From contig CM102287.1 of the NCBI GenBank assembly GCA_046563655.1, positions 9,982,001-10,046,000 on the forward strand: a stretch of DNA of 64,000 bases, given 5' to 3'. Numbering within the stretch: the stretch's first letter is position 1; every line of letters starts with the position of its first letter. The DNA comes from Yuukianura sp. NJ FZ-2021. Its lineage: Eukaryota. Below the pieces are notes generated by a model, which saw only the letters and a program-made list of their open reading frames with translations, was not told the DNA's origin and did not search any database. This document shows positions 12,748 through 24,244 of the stretch, piece by piece. The translations under genes were made by a program, and so were the position numbers.

Positions 12748-14742
12748 CTATGCCTTGACCCGCAGGAAGTGGTCGTAGATGACTGCGTCAAAGTAGTTTG
12801 GTGATTTGATTTTGACGATTTCCGTGTTGTCACCCGGTTTGACCCGTGGATTGACCGTGATCAGTTTCCGATCCAACTTGTTCAGAAACTGAAGTCCTTC
12901 AACAATGTCCGTTGTGACTAAATAGTTGTCAGAAGAGTTGTAGCGAACTTGGAAAGTCGTCCAATTGTAGTAACACAAATCAGAGTTACGCGGGATCAAT
13001 CGCCGCTTCCCCCGAAAATAATCCGTCCAAAGTTCAGTTCCATCTTTCACCAAACGCAGTCTGAAATCACAAGAAAAAAATCGACCTAAATTCTCCAAGA
13101 ATTAAAAAAATCGGTTTAGTTAAAAATCACTTTTCCTGAAAAATCGATTTTTCCAATCGCAGTTTAAAACCACCTAAAATCCAGTCTAAAATCATTCTTG
13201 AATTTTCCCCGAAAAGTTAGAAAAATCGATTTCTTAAAAAAATTATATTTTCTCGATTACTTGAAATCGATTGCCTATACATCACGTAAAAAATAGCGCT
13301 AAATTCTCCAAGAATTAAAAAAATCGTTTTAGTTAAAAATCACTTTTCCGGAAAACTCGATTTTTCCAAGACAGTCTAAAATCACTACAAAAAATCATTC
13401 TTGGTTTTCTCCAAGAAAGGTTAGAAAAATCGTTATAAAATGGAAAAAATTGATTTTCTGATTACTTGAAATCGATCCAGGCGGAAACTTCTTGATTCTT
13501 TTTGTTGAGCATTCGAATGTAAATGAGGCAGGCCATGTTGCCAGTTCGATTTTGTTTTTCGCGCTCAGCCAAAGCTTGCATGAGTGGACAAGTGATGTCT
13601 GCAGCAGGAATTCCGTAGGCAACGTGAATGTCGTCTTTACGTTTTGCAAATCTTTTGGCCTGAATTTCTTGCATCACCTCAGCAAACTGTTCGCGCGTCA
13701 AAAGTTCAGGAACGCTAGAAGGAAGAACCATTTTGAAAAACTTCCAAAATTTTGAAGCTTGAATTTTTTTTTTTACCGAAATCCGAGTGTCGTAATTGTT
13801 CTGGCGACATCGTCACTTTCAAAATAGTAAAGATCTTTTGACGTAACGAAATGATCCAAGTACTCCTCATAAGTCGTTACATAATTGAAATCTGGAGCTT
13901 CTTTTTGGTGAGACTGTTCCTCTGCATCGTCGGATTTCTCAGCATCTTCTTCATCTTCATCTGCCTCAATTCCATGACATTTCCTTATCGCAGCTTTAGT
14001 CACCACCTCTGCTTCCATGTCTTCCAGAGCTGCGCAGGCGTCAGTTGACCGTGATTCGGGCACAACCAACGTCATACTGCTCGGAGTGGACTTGAGTTCG
14101 CTTGAATCACTCTCATATTCCCCCGAAACGCAAAGGTCACTGCCCTCGCTTGACCTGGAATAACTTGACCCCTCACTTTCTCGACCAGCAGAAGTCGGCA
14201 GGGAAAAGACTGTTTCAAATTCATCTTCATCACTTGCCTCTCCTCCATACTCCTCCTCCTCCTCAAATTCTGCCTCCTCCTCCTCCTCCGGAGGGGCAAC
14301 GATGACCGTGCCTTTCTTCTTCTTCCCCTTGGGGCTTTTGCCTTTCCCACCTTTGCTTTTCCCTTTTTTGCCTTTGCTTTTGCTTTTACTTTTGCTCTTT
14401 CCTTTTGACTTTTTCTTGCTTTTGCCTTTCTTTGCTTTCGGATATTTGGTTTTCGTTTGAACTTGAGCTGGCACTTGACCTTGACCTTCAGATTCGGCAC
14501 CTTCGCCTTCTTGTTCTTCTACGTCTGAAATTTTGAAAAAATGTCTTCAATCAAATTTTTTTTTTAACAATTTTTGAAATTTTGAAGCATTGGATTTGAC
14601 CTTGACCCACGGCGGGTGCAACGCCTTCAGCTACATTGCGTGGCCCTTTGATTTTTCCTTTCCCGCGAGACTTCTTGTTGCGACGGCTCTTACGACGCGA
14701 CTTGCTGCGCCCTTTGCGACGAGATTTGCTCCGTTTTGGCAT
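12748..14742 (-). CDS. CFAP299: Cilia- and flagella-associated protein 299 (C4orf22/DUF4464 family) with long N-terminal extension; exons 14742-14601, 14524-13777, 13714-13466, 13060-12748
   Basis: Family motifs YEEYLDHFVTSKDLYYFE..ARTITTLGFR, LMQALAEREKQNRTG, QEVSAWIDF, YFRGKRRLIPRNSDLCYYNW, PGDN, AVIYDH. GT-AG junctions keep the frame. The first exon is inferred from phase match only. Confidence 0.9.
13086..13476. repeat. ~210 bp tandem duplication inside the last CFAP299 intron
   Basis: CTAAATTCTCCAAGAATTAAAAAAATCG...GATTACTTGAAATCGAT occurs at ~13086-13272 and ~13299-13476. Confidence 0.8.
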
Positions 14743-16974
14743 GTTTTACAAAATATTCAACGTTTCTGATTACAAAATACAAAAATCAAAAGTAAAATAA
14801 AAACTAAAATAATGAAATTCCTCAAAAAAACGTTTCTTGAGTTCAAAATTGGAAAGTTTTCTAAAAACTAAACTGTACCAGCACTGGAGTTTCTATGACA
14901 ACAGAACACCAAAAGGCAAAGACAAAAATTTTGAACGTTTTTTGGAAAAAAAATCTAGAAACTGAGGGAAAAGTTCAACGCCGTTTGAATTTTGTTTTGC
15001 TTTCTCCATTCCATAACAAATGAATTTTTAGTTTTCGGGAGGAAATGTTCTGCGTTTGCTCGTGTAGGTCAAAGGTCAGGCTTCCCCTCTCCCCTGCAGC
15101 ATCTGCAGTTCGTCTTGTGTTGTCAGAAGTGCATTAGGAGTGAGAAGTTGTTAAGTTTTTGTTTATGATCCTAATTAAGAGTTAAACAACTTAAACAACT
15201 TGTGTTTAACTTAAGTTTTGTTGATGTTAGGCTGTTGGTGGGCAACAATATTTGGGAAAGCGAGAGACGAAAGCCAGAAGCTTCCTTCCAAGTTCAATGT
15301 CAACAGAAACTGTAAACACAAAGTGGATAAGTGGTGCACTTCTCCTTACAAAAATATTCACACCTTTCGCCAAAACCGTATTTCAAAATTTTGAAACTTT
15401 GAAAAAGTCAAAAAAAAAATATCTTTTTTCTCTTTATGAATGCCTGCAACTAGTTCTAGTTACCTTGAAATTTCTGATTTCTATTTTGAGAATTTCGTTG
15501 TTTTTTGAAAACTTTTGATTTCACTTGACCTTTGACCTGTGAGGTCACGCGCAAACGGAGCGTGTCTGATCATAAATTTTGGTAAACTTGTGAGGTGGTC
15601 TGGTGTCTGGTAGTTCTTACATGTACTACTTTAGCATAAAAAGCGAACAACGGTCAAAATGGACTCCCTTACAACTTTTTTTTTCAAAAAGGGGGAGATT
15701 TTTTGTGTGTTCGAAAACTGTTTACTTCAATTTTTCATGCGTGATCATGCACGGGTCATAGTTCAAAACTCATTTCTTGGGTGACCTTTGACCTTTAGAG
15801 AAAAAAGAGAAACTTAATTTAGATTTCTTCCTTTCTTTTTTTGAAATTGTTCATCCCCTTTTCTCATTTTGGAAATGAAATCGAATTTCACCGAAATTGT
15901 ATTTCTGTTTGATGAAAATTCCTCTTTTGTGGTATGTCTCTCCCTAACCTTACTCAACATAAAACATACCCTAGTGTTATATTTCTTGACACTGTCATGT
16001 TACAGGACTCATGTCCACACGTTGGACTCTTCTGGACAACTCTTCATTCTTTTCACTACTAAAGTCACCACTTCTCAGTGAGAAGTGAGAAGTTCTCACT
16101 TTACCAAAAAAAAGAAACGAAAAAAAGTAATTCTAAGCCACTTTCTCTCCAAAACTTTCACTCTTGAAGGTTCGTCGTAGCAGAAAAATTGTGCAAAAGA
16201 GAGACAGAGTGTGGACAGATCGTCCATTTCCGTCCACCCACATCAAGATCCCGTCCATGACAACGGATAAGCCAAAATTGGATGGATGAGTTCCCAAAGT
16301 GGACTGAAATTGGCCCAAAGTTGAAACTTTTCTCTTTTGTTCCTCTAGAAAAAGCTAACAGGTTTTGTCTCTTTTGTTAAAAGAGATTACGAAGTGGTCC
16401 TTAAGTCTCTTTTTTCAAACAAAAGACAAAGTTCTCCAGGATTTAGGATGAGACGGGCCCTTCAAGGGCTATTTTGGAGGTGGGAGACTTAAGGACCTCT
16501 CGCACTTTCTGTTCTAATGAAAAAAATGAGTGATCTTGGAAAAAAGAGAGAAGAGTTGTGCTGGGCCAATAAATTACTTGACTTTCTCTGTCTCCTCTGC
16601 ATTCTAATTTTCCTAAGAGCCACTTTCTTTATTTCTTCCTCCTTTTCTCAAATTCCACTTTCGAATTCATACTTTCCCGCAGCACTCCTTTTACTGCACG
16701 GGAGCAACGTGATACTTTCAAAAACTTTTTTCTGCTCTTTTTTTTTCAATATTGATCTCCGGAGAGAAAAAAGTTGTGTCAAAAGAACAAAAAAGTTGAG
16801 AAGAAAAGAAAATTAATGGAACTCAAATCTAGGAGAAAGTGGGAGTGGAAAGGAAGAATTGAATTGAACTTTTGTAATTGCTAAGATGTGACCCCGTGAC
16901 CTTTGCGTGCGTAGAAGTGTGATCTTTGTATCTTAACTTTTACAATGGTGTGACCTTTTATAATGGTATATTTC

Positions 16975-17400
16975 TGGACTTTTGTAATTTTGTAGTAGTG
17001 CGACCATTTTCGAGTTTTGTAGTTTTGTAGCAGTGTGACCATTTTTGCTGAGTTTTGTAGTTTTGCGACCATCTTTGCTGAGTTTTGTAGTGGTGCGACC
17101 ATTTTCGAGTTTTGTAGTTTTGCAGTGGTGTGACCATTTTTCTGGAGCTTTGTAGTTTTCCGACCTTTTTTTTTTTTTGCTGAGTTTTGTAGTTTTCGAC
17201 CATTTTGCTGAGTTTTGTAGTTTTGCGACCATTTTTCTGGAGTTTTGTAGTTTTGCGACCATTTTTCCTGAGTTTTGTAGTTTTTTTTTGCGACCATTTT
17301 TGCTGGGTTTTGTAGTTTTGCGACCATTTTTGCTGAGTTTTGTAGTTTTGCGACCATTTTTGCTGAGTTTTGTAGTGGTTTGACCATTTTCCTGTAGTTT
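16975..17400. repeat. Tandem minisatellite, ~32-33 bp unit, ~12 copies
   Basis: Unit GAGTTTTGTAGTTTTGCGACCATTTTTGCT; gives repetitive ORFs in all three minus frames. Confidence 0.9.
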
Positions 17401-19364
17401 TTAGTTGTTTGACCTTTGTGAATGTGGCCGGGGTCAAAGGTGACTGTTCAATTAGACTTAGCGTATGGAGCATAATATGTCACCGTGTCTTGGGAGACAG
17501 GCTCCACTTGAAGTTTTCCATTCAATCAGGCCGCTGTCACTTCGGTAGTTGAAGAAGAAGTGATGAATAGCTGAGCTTTCCTAAGCTCTGAGCACCCAAG
17601 GAGGCACGTGCACATCCACTTCTTCTCAAGATCCAAACAATTCGGATATCCAACGTCTACTTAGCACTTCACACCTCCTCAACACTGTTTTCACGCTCTT
17701 TCTTACTCTTTTCACGGCAGTTCTTAGTGTTTTCACGGGGTTTGATAGTGTTTTCTTATCCAACCGCTTAGACGCTCCCGGCTCCGATTCTCTTCTGCTC
17801 AAACTTCAAGAGAAAGTTTACTGCTTTACAAAAGTTTTACACTCAAATGACTCAAATAAAGCAACAGCACATTAAAATCCAACTGAACACTGAAAAAAAC
17901 CCTGCAAAAACACCGAAAACATTGAAAAAACACTGAACATTAGAAAAACACTGAAAACACAAAAAACTTGAAAAACCAATGGAACCACTGCTGAATAAAA
18001 CACTGAAAAACACCGTGTTTTTAAAACTCAGCTGTGCACTGATCTAGAAGTTGCACCGTTGGTGAATATGTTAGTTGTGCATAGTTTTTGTGCACCGTTG
18101 CAAAACTTGTGAACTTGTGAACTTTTTTGATGCACAGCATCTCCCAAAGCACCAAGTTGTGGATCAATGTTGCACAAAAACTGGGTTAAGTTTTTGAGTG
18201 ATTCAATTTTGTGCATAAGATTCACAACATGCACGGTCACACTATGTGAAACTTATTAGAAAAACTGTGCACAGAATTTTTTTTTTATGAAAATCTGTCA
18301 ATAAATTTTGGAATTACTTTGAGTTCATTACTTTGCACGGAATTGACTTTGTGAATTTGCCATAAAATTGTTGACTCTCTCTGCACAAAATTTCAAAAGA
18401 TTTCCCTTCAACTTTCTTTTCTTGAAAGCGGAGAAAGTAAGTCTATAGTGTGTGCCCTAGGAATTAATCACTCTCTCTCTCTGAAATTGAGTAATAAAAA
18501 TGACTAACATGTTTCTCCAGCTCACTTCTGATTGGAACCTAACCTAAAAAGTAGGTTTTCTAGCCTAACCAGCCTAACTAGGCCCAAAACCTAACACAAA
18601 GTCCATTTCTTAGAACCATAAAACCCGGGAAATGATAAAGTTGAAAGACCCGCCTCCTTTGACATTATGACCATAATAATCGGAAGTTTATGATGTGATA
18701 GCACACCCCTCAAACACAGCCCCATCCACTACCGACCGGAAACTCACAATTATTCAAATTCAACTTTCTCCACTTTCTCAAATTTCAAAAAAATCTTTTC
18801 AAAATTTTTTTCTCTTTGAAAAATGTAGGAGATAAAAAGTTCTTTTGAGTTTTTCTGTTTTTGTGCTGCTGTCAAAATATTTCTCTTCTTTCAAATGAAG
18901 ATGGACAGAGTCCGAGTTATTCTTCCTTTGATCTCTCTCTTTTTATGGCGCTTTCTCTTTTCTCTTTCTTTAAAAAAAAAGAGTTCCCGCGTGAGTGGAC
19001 TGGAAAAGGAATTTGTGCGGACTTTGTTGAAATCAACATGGAGAAAGCCAGCAGGAGACTTTCATCTGCCTCCAAATCCCTTGTTGGTTATTACAACCAC
19101 TGCCGCACCAAAAGTCCATTTCAAATAGAGTGACTGCGCACCCGCAGAGGTGCGGACCAATATTTCGGAAGGAAGAGATGGATTGGAAATCACCTTGGCA
19201 ACGCAGAGGTAACTTCCAGGAAGATCCAATCCAGGAATTGGATTTATCCATTTCTCTCCCTCTGTTTCTCCAGAAATGATCAAAATCCTGTAGATCTGTT
19301 TCGGTTTTCGATCAAAACGGCTTCTGTCCCAACGGATCATCTTTTCTCTTGAATTGGGTCACAA

Positions 19365-19600
19365 TCTGCACAAAAATGTAGCAGAGGTTCACTATATGCA
19401 CAAAAAAATGTTGTGAATGGTAGGAGGTTCACTTTGTGCACAAAAAATGTTGTGGAGTTGTACAATATGCACAAAAAATGTTGTGGAGATTCACAATTTA
19501 CACAAAAAGTGTTGTGGAGATTCACAATTTACACAAAAAGTGTTGTGGAGATTCATAATATGCACAAAAAATGTTGATGAGGTGTGGAATATACATAAAA
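19365..19600. repeat. Tandem minisatellite, ~30-34 bp unit, ~7 copies
   Basis: Unit TGCACAAAAAATGTTGTGGAGATTCACAAT; a related TGCAC-rich degenerate sequence lies at ~18030-18400. Confidence 0.8.
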
Positions 19601-21433
19601 AAAGACGTTTTGTTCCACTAGATGCACAATTCCGTTTCTGAAAAGAAATTTCAAAAGATTTGCATTCCAATTTGTACAGAGATGCACAATTTTGGTTGTG
19701 CAACTTTTATTTTGAAGCGGAGGTTGTTGAGGACAATGCACAATTTTTTGGTTTGTGAAAATCAAAGCGTTTTGAGTTTGCACACTTTGGAGTATTTTTC
19801 TTGTTTTCATTTTCAGAGTTGAATTTTTTTCTTTGTTAAAAACCGCTACCAGCACATGCATACATTATACAGTGGTTTTGAAGCAGAAATTTTGAAAAAG
19901 TTTTAGTTTCATGGCAACCGCTTTGCGGAAAAATTTCACTTAAAAAACCGTTCGAAAACTGCAAACATGAAACTGCTTGGGCGATCGGTTTTTTGAAACC
20001 GTTTCCATCATTTTGTTGCCGCCAGTTTGTAAACCCAAAATCAAAATGTGCAATTCAATCGAATTTCACAGGTTGCCTTTCCTAATGAACTTTTTGTGCA
20101 GAATCCTCCCAAACTGAAACAGCGTCATTCGGTTCTTTTCTTTCTTTGTTGTGCACCAGTCCTTTGCCGTGGCGTCTGTTGTATTGTTGTACTGAACAAA
20201 GAGGTTCTTTATACTAAAAGAAAGTACAGAAAGGTTCCTCTGAGAAAGTGGTTTTGTCCAGCCGGATAATCTCCATTTACTTTCTCCTTCAAACACAAAG
20301 TGACCAAGGAACCTCTCTTCCACAACCCAACAGAGCGAGAAACACCTTTCTACTTCACTAAAACTATACAAATACACTAACTTTAACTTAACTTTACTCA
20401 AATACACTAACTTTAATATAAACTAACCAACGCTACTTTAGGAAATTGTGAATTTATGTCAAAAACTAAATTCAAGGAGAAAAACTAAATTCCAACGATC
20501 GGGTTCGTAGCAATAAGATTTCCAAAAAAAAAAATAGACAAAAAAAATTTCTAGAGAAATTCCATTTTTTCTTTCAATTTTTTGTGATTTCATTTCGGAA
20601 ATTGCAAAAACGTTGGAAAATGTTGTTCTGTTTTTCACTTTGTGTTCAACTGTCATAAATCCTCATTGAGAAAAGAGAGCAGGGGATTCCGGGAAGGAAG
20701 TTAATCCGGTGGCTCTTGACCAAAGTCCGAAGGTGGCTCCAGAAACAAGAGTAACGTGGGTCATAAATACCAAAAGCCCCACCGAAGCCCCACCAAAGCC
20801 CCACTCTGGAACACAGCCAATGGCCACGAGCCACCCTACAAATGGAGTTGGAAGTTCCAGTTACATGATAAATGGGCAGTCGGAGGAAGGAGAAAGTTTT
20901 GAAGGTTGTCACAGAGGGAAATGCATCAAGTTTCTCCAATTCCTCTCTTACCTATAGCCTAACGTAAACCTACCCTTAGCCTAACGTTAGCCTAATGCTA
21001 GCCTAACCTAACAAATTCCTGTGCCTTCACGCCTGGGTCAACCGCCCTCTTCCTTGAGACAATCACGTGGGTCACAGAGGCCGTAACTCATAGGTGGTCA
21101 CACACAAAGTGTCACACTATTTTATTCCACTCCGAACAACCCAAAGCATAGCCTAACGTCACAATTCCAGATTAGGTTACTAACCTAACGGCGTTAGGTT
21201 AACCCCTCCTCCTCTCTTTTTAATTTCCAAAGTGTGGGACTATGTTCACATTTTTTTTGGTCACTTTACGCGGGTCATAAATTTTCAAATGTCATTTCAC
21301 TCTCAAAGAAAAAATTTCCAAAAATCTAACTTTCCTCGATTTTTTTTTCCAAAAATCTAACTTTCTCTGTAAATCATCTTCTGCCAAAGTCCAAAACTTT
21401 CTCCAGGTGAAGCATAACCTTCTCCTCAGCGGG

Positions 21434-21719
21434 AGGTGAATGACCCCGTGCAACAGAATTCTTCAAGGTCAATGACCCCGTGAAGCAGAATTCACGAGGT
21501 CAATGACCCCGTGAAGCAGAATACCTTGTGAGGTCAATGACCTTTTCCCAGAAAGCATTGACCTTTTTCAGAAAAAAGTCTTTTTTTGGCAACTCTGTTT
21601 TAAGCTTTAACAGTTTACATTCTTGCTGCTTCCAGAGTTGGTTTCAGATTCAAGGTCAATGACCTTTGCGTGTAAACCAGTTTTTGGGTCAATGACCTTT
21701 GTGCTCAGGTGAATGACCT
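21434..21719. promoter_or_regulatory. Cluster of 7 IR1 nuclear-receptor palindromes (EcR/USP response-element-like)
   Basis: RGGT(C/G)A-A-TGACCY at 21434, 21466, 21497, 21531 (perfect), 21653 (perfect), 21686 and 21707. The motif is seen directly; function is inferred. Confidence 0.5.
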
Positions 21720-22639
21720 TGATTGATCTTGGTATAATTTGGGCATATCAAGAGACAAGACTCCAGTGAGTGGCTCTTGTGCTTGGCTTTATTGGTCGTA
21801 AGTCTGTTCTTTGTGAAGTTATGCTACTACCTTTGGCCTAACCGATTATTTCCAGCGATTTGGAGTGGAAGGGGGCTCTCTTTTGTTCAAAATGGTCCTG
21901 GAAGGTTGTTCTTGTGCTGGAGAGTGGAGAAAGTAAAGATGTGAAGTGATAGTGGCAGGAGAATGTAATGGTGTTTCGCTCCACTGCAACCTTCTTCCAG
22001 GATCTTCTCCAGGTTTCTCCAGGAATGCTGGAATTCCAGTGCACATCTTCCAGAAAATATTCTACAACAAGAGACTCCTCCTGCAAGAGCAGACTGCTCC
22101 TTGGGGCCATTAAAAATTTATTGACTTTCTCCTCACACTTTCCCTTTGTTCTTTTTAAACTCCCAAAACGCTTCTACCTAACTTTCAAAAAACTCTTTTT
22201 TTCAAAATCCTTCAAAACATGTCAAATTGTGAGACATGAGAAACAAAAACTTGTTGCCCTTTGACCTCTCTTGACATTTTGATCTTGAGAGACAACTTTC
22301 TCTCAAAAGTTTTGGAGTTGTTGACGTCCCAAAGGTGTCAAAAGTTTGTTGAGTATTTTAATGTTTCAAAAACTAAGTTTGAACCGAATCAAAGCCTAAA
22401 GTTAAGCGAAGGTTAGCCTTAAAGTTAACCTGATTAAGGAATCAGGTTAATTAGAACTTGGAGAATAAACCACTTTTTAGACAAAGGAAACCGCAAACAC
22501 CCCGCACTTCAACTTGATATAAAGCAATTCTCGTTTCAACACATCCTCGTCCTTCATTCAAACAGTTTCCTGGTCGAGATTTCGAAAATTTGAGAATTCA
22601 AATTTCGAAATTTTGAGAATTCAAATTTTGAAAACCAAA

Positions 22640-24244
22640 ATGACTCGGTTTTTGATTTTGACTTTGCTGAGTCTGGTAGGGTGGTCAACGCAGTTTAGTT
22701 TCTTTGGTTTGGAAAAAGTTGTGCCGGATAGAGTGATTGAACAAGATACGGAACGAGTAGAGTTTCTACTCTACCCGAAGAAAGAGTAAGTTTTTGGAAA
22801 ACAAAATTTAAAAAAAAACTTCTTCTTTTTTTTTCAAAATTTTGAACTTTTTTAGGAGTTTGAAGTACCGTGAGGAACTGATCATTGATGATCCAGTTTC
22901 CATCAGAAGTTCGGCCTACAATTCCTCCAAACCGATCATTCTGCTTATCCATGGTTTCGTTTCTGAAGCCAAAACGAAAAGCGGTTTCATCGAAATTGTC
23001 AAAAATGGTAAACTTTCACTCCATTTCTAAAATTTTGATTTTGAAGTTTGGAAAATCAAAGTTTCTGAAAAGTTTACGTCTGGTTTCTGGATTCATTTGG
23101 AGTAATTTTTTTTCTCTTAAAATTTGTGTAGCCTACTTGCGATCAGATGTTGACGCTAACATTGTTGCTGTCGATTGGAGTAAACTTTCCACTCCGAGAT
23201 CGTAATTTCCTGAAAATTATCAAAATTTTAGATGAATTTTGGAAATTTTGAATTTTGAAACTTTTCAGACTCATTGGTGAAGCCCTGTACAAATTGGCTG
23301 CTCTCAACGTGAAGCCTGTGGGCAGAAAAGTTGCTGATTTCATTTTGTTTTTACTCAAAAACGAATTTGTGTCTGGACACGACCAGATCCACGTCAGTTT
23401 TAAAATAGTTTTAACTTATTTTATTATAACTAAATAAAATATATAAATAAAAATAATAAAATATATTATATTATTTGTTGACAGATCGTAGGGTTTAGCC
23501 TTGGTGCTCATGTGGCAGGCAAGGCAGGTCGATACGTTTTTCTGGATAGCGGAAAATTGGTGAATCGAATCACTGGTCTTGACCCTGCCGGACCCGCTTT
23601 TGACATTAAACCAAGCAGTGCCGGGAAACTGGACTCCGAAGACGCTGAATTCGTCGATGTTCTGCATACTGACAAAGGTCAACTCGGCTACTTCGGACCA
23701 CTGGGACATGTAAGGTCAAAGGTCATTGACCTTTCGATGAGAATAACATTTGACCTTTGACCTTTTACTCAAATCAATCTTGCAGATTGACTTTTACGCT
23801 AATGGAGGAGGACCGATTCAGCCAAACTGCTCATATTTGTCACTCACTACAGGTGAAACAGAGCTCAATCCAAAATTTCAAAGTCATTTTTCAAATTTCA
23901 AAAATTCAAAATTTTTTAAAATTGTAAATTTTTGAAAATTCGAAAATGAACTAACTTTAGGTGGTTGCAGTCACTCTTCGGCGTATCGCTACTTTGCAAA
24001 ATCGCTTCGAGAGCACAATCTGATTGGGTGCAAGTGTGATCGCATGTTTAAGACCATGAGTTGCATGGATCCATGTGACAATCCAGCCATCTTTGGCGAA
24101 TACTGCCCACCGACGTAACCCAAAAACTAAAATTTTGAAGAAATTTTTGAAAAATGGACGTTTTTAATTTCGTTTTTTGAAATCACGTACAGGGCTCGCG
24201 GAATTTATTACGTGCCACTCACATTTGATGCAGAGGATGCTTGA
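22640..24244 (+). CDS. Secreted pancreatic-lipase/phospholipase A1-family lipase; exons 22640-22785, 22856-23007, 23132-23201, 23269-23392, 23485-23709, 23786-23852, 23961-24114, 24193-24244
   Basis: Signal peptide MTRFLILTLLSLVGWST; motifs LIHGF, NIVAVDW, nucleophile GFSLGAHVAG, RITGLDPAGP, DAEFVDVLHTD, GHIDFYANGG, CSH. Ser-Asp-His triad intact; all junctions in frame. Confidence 0.93.

Noticed and set aside
16881..17473. Three overlapping 109-171 aa repetitive ORFs; superficially CRISPR-like periodicity
   Set aside because: Plain minisatellite: units abut with no unique spacers, there are no cas genes, the context is eukaryotic, and the ORFs are open in all minus frames.
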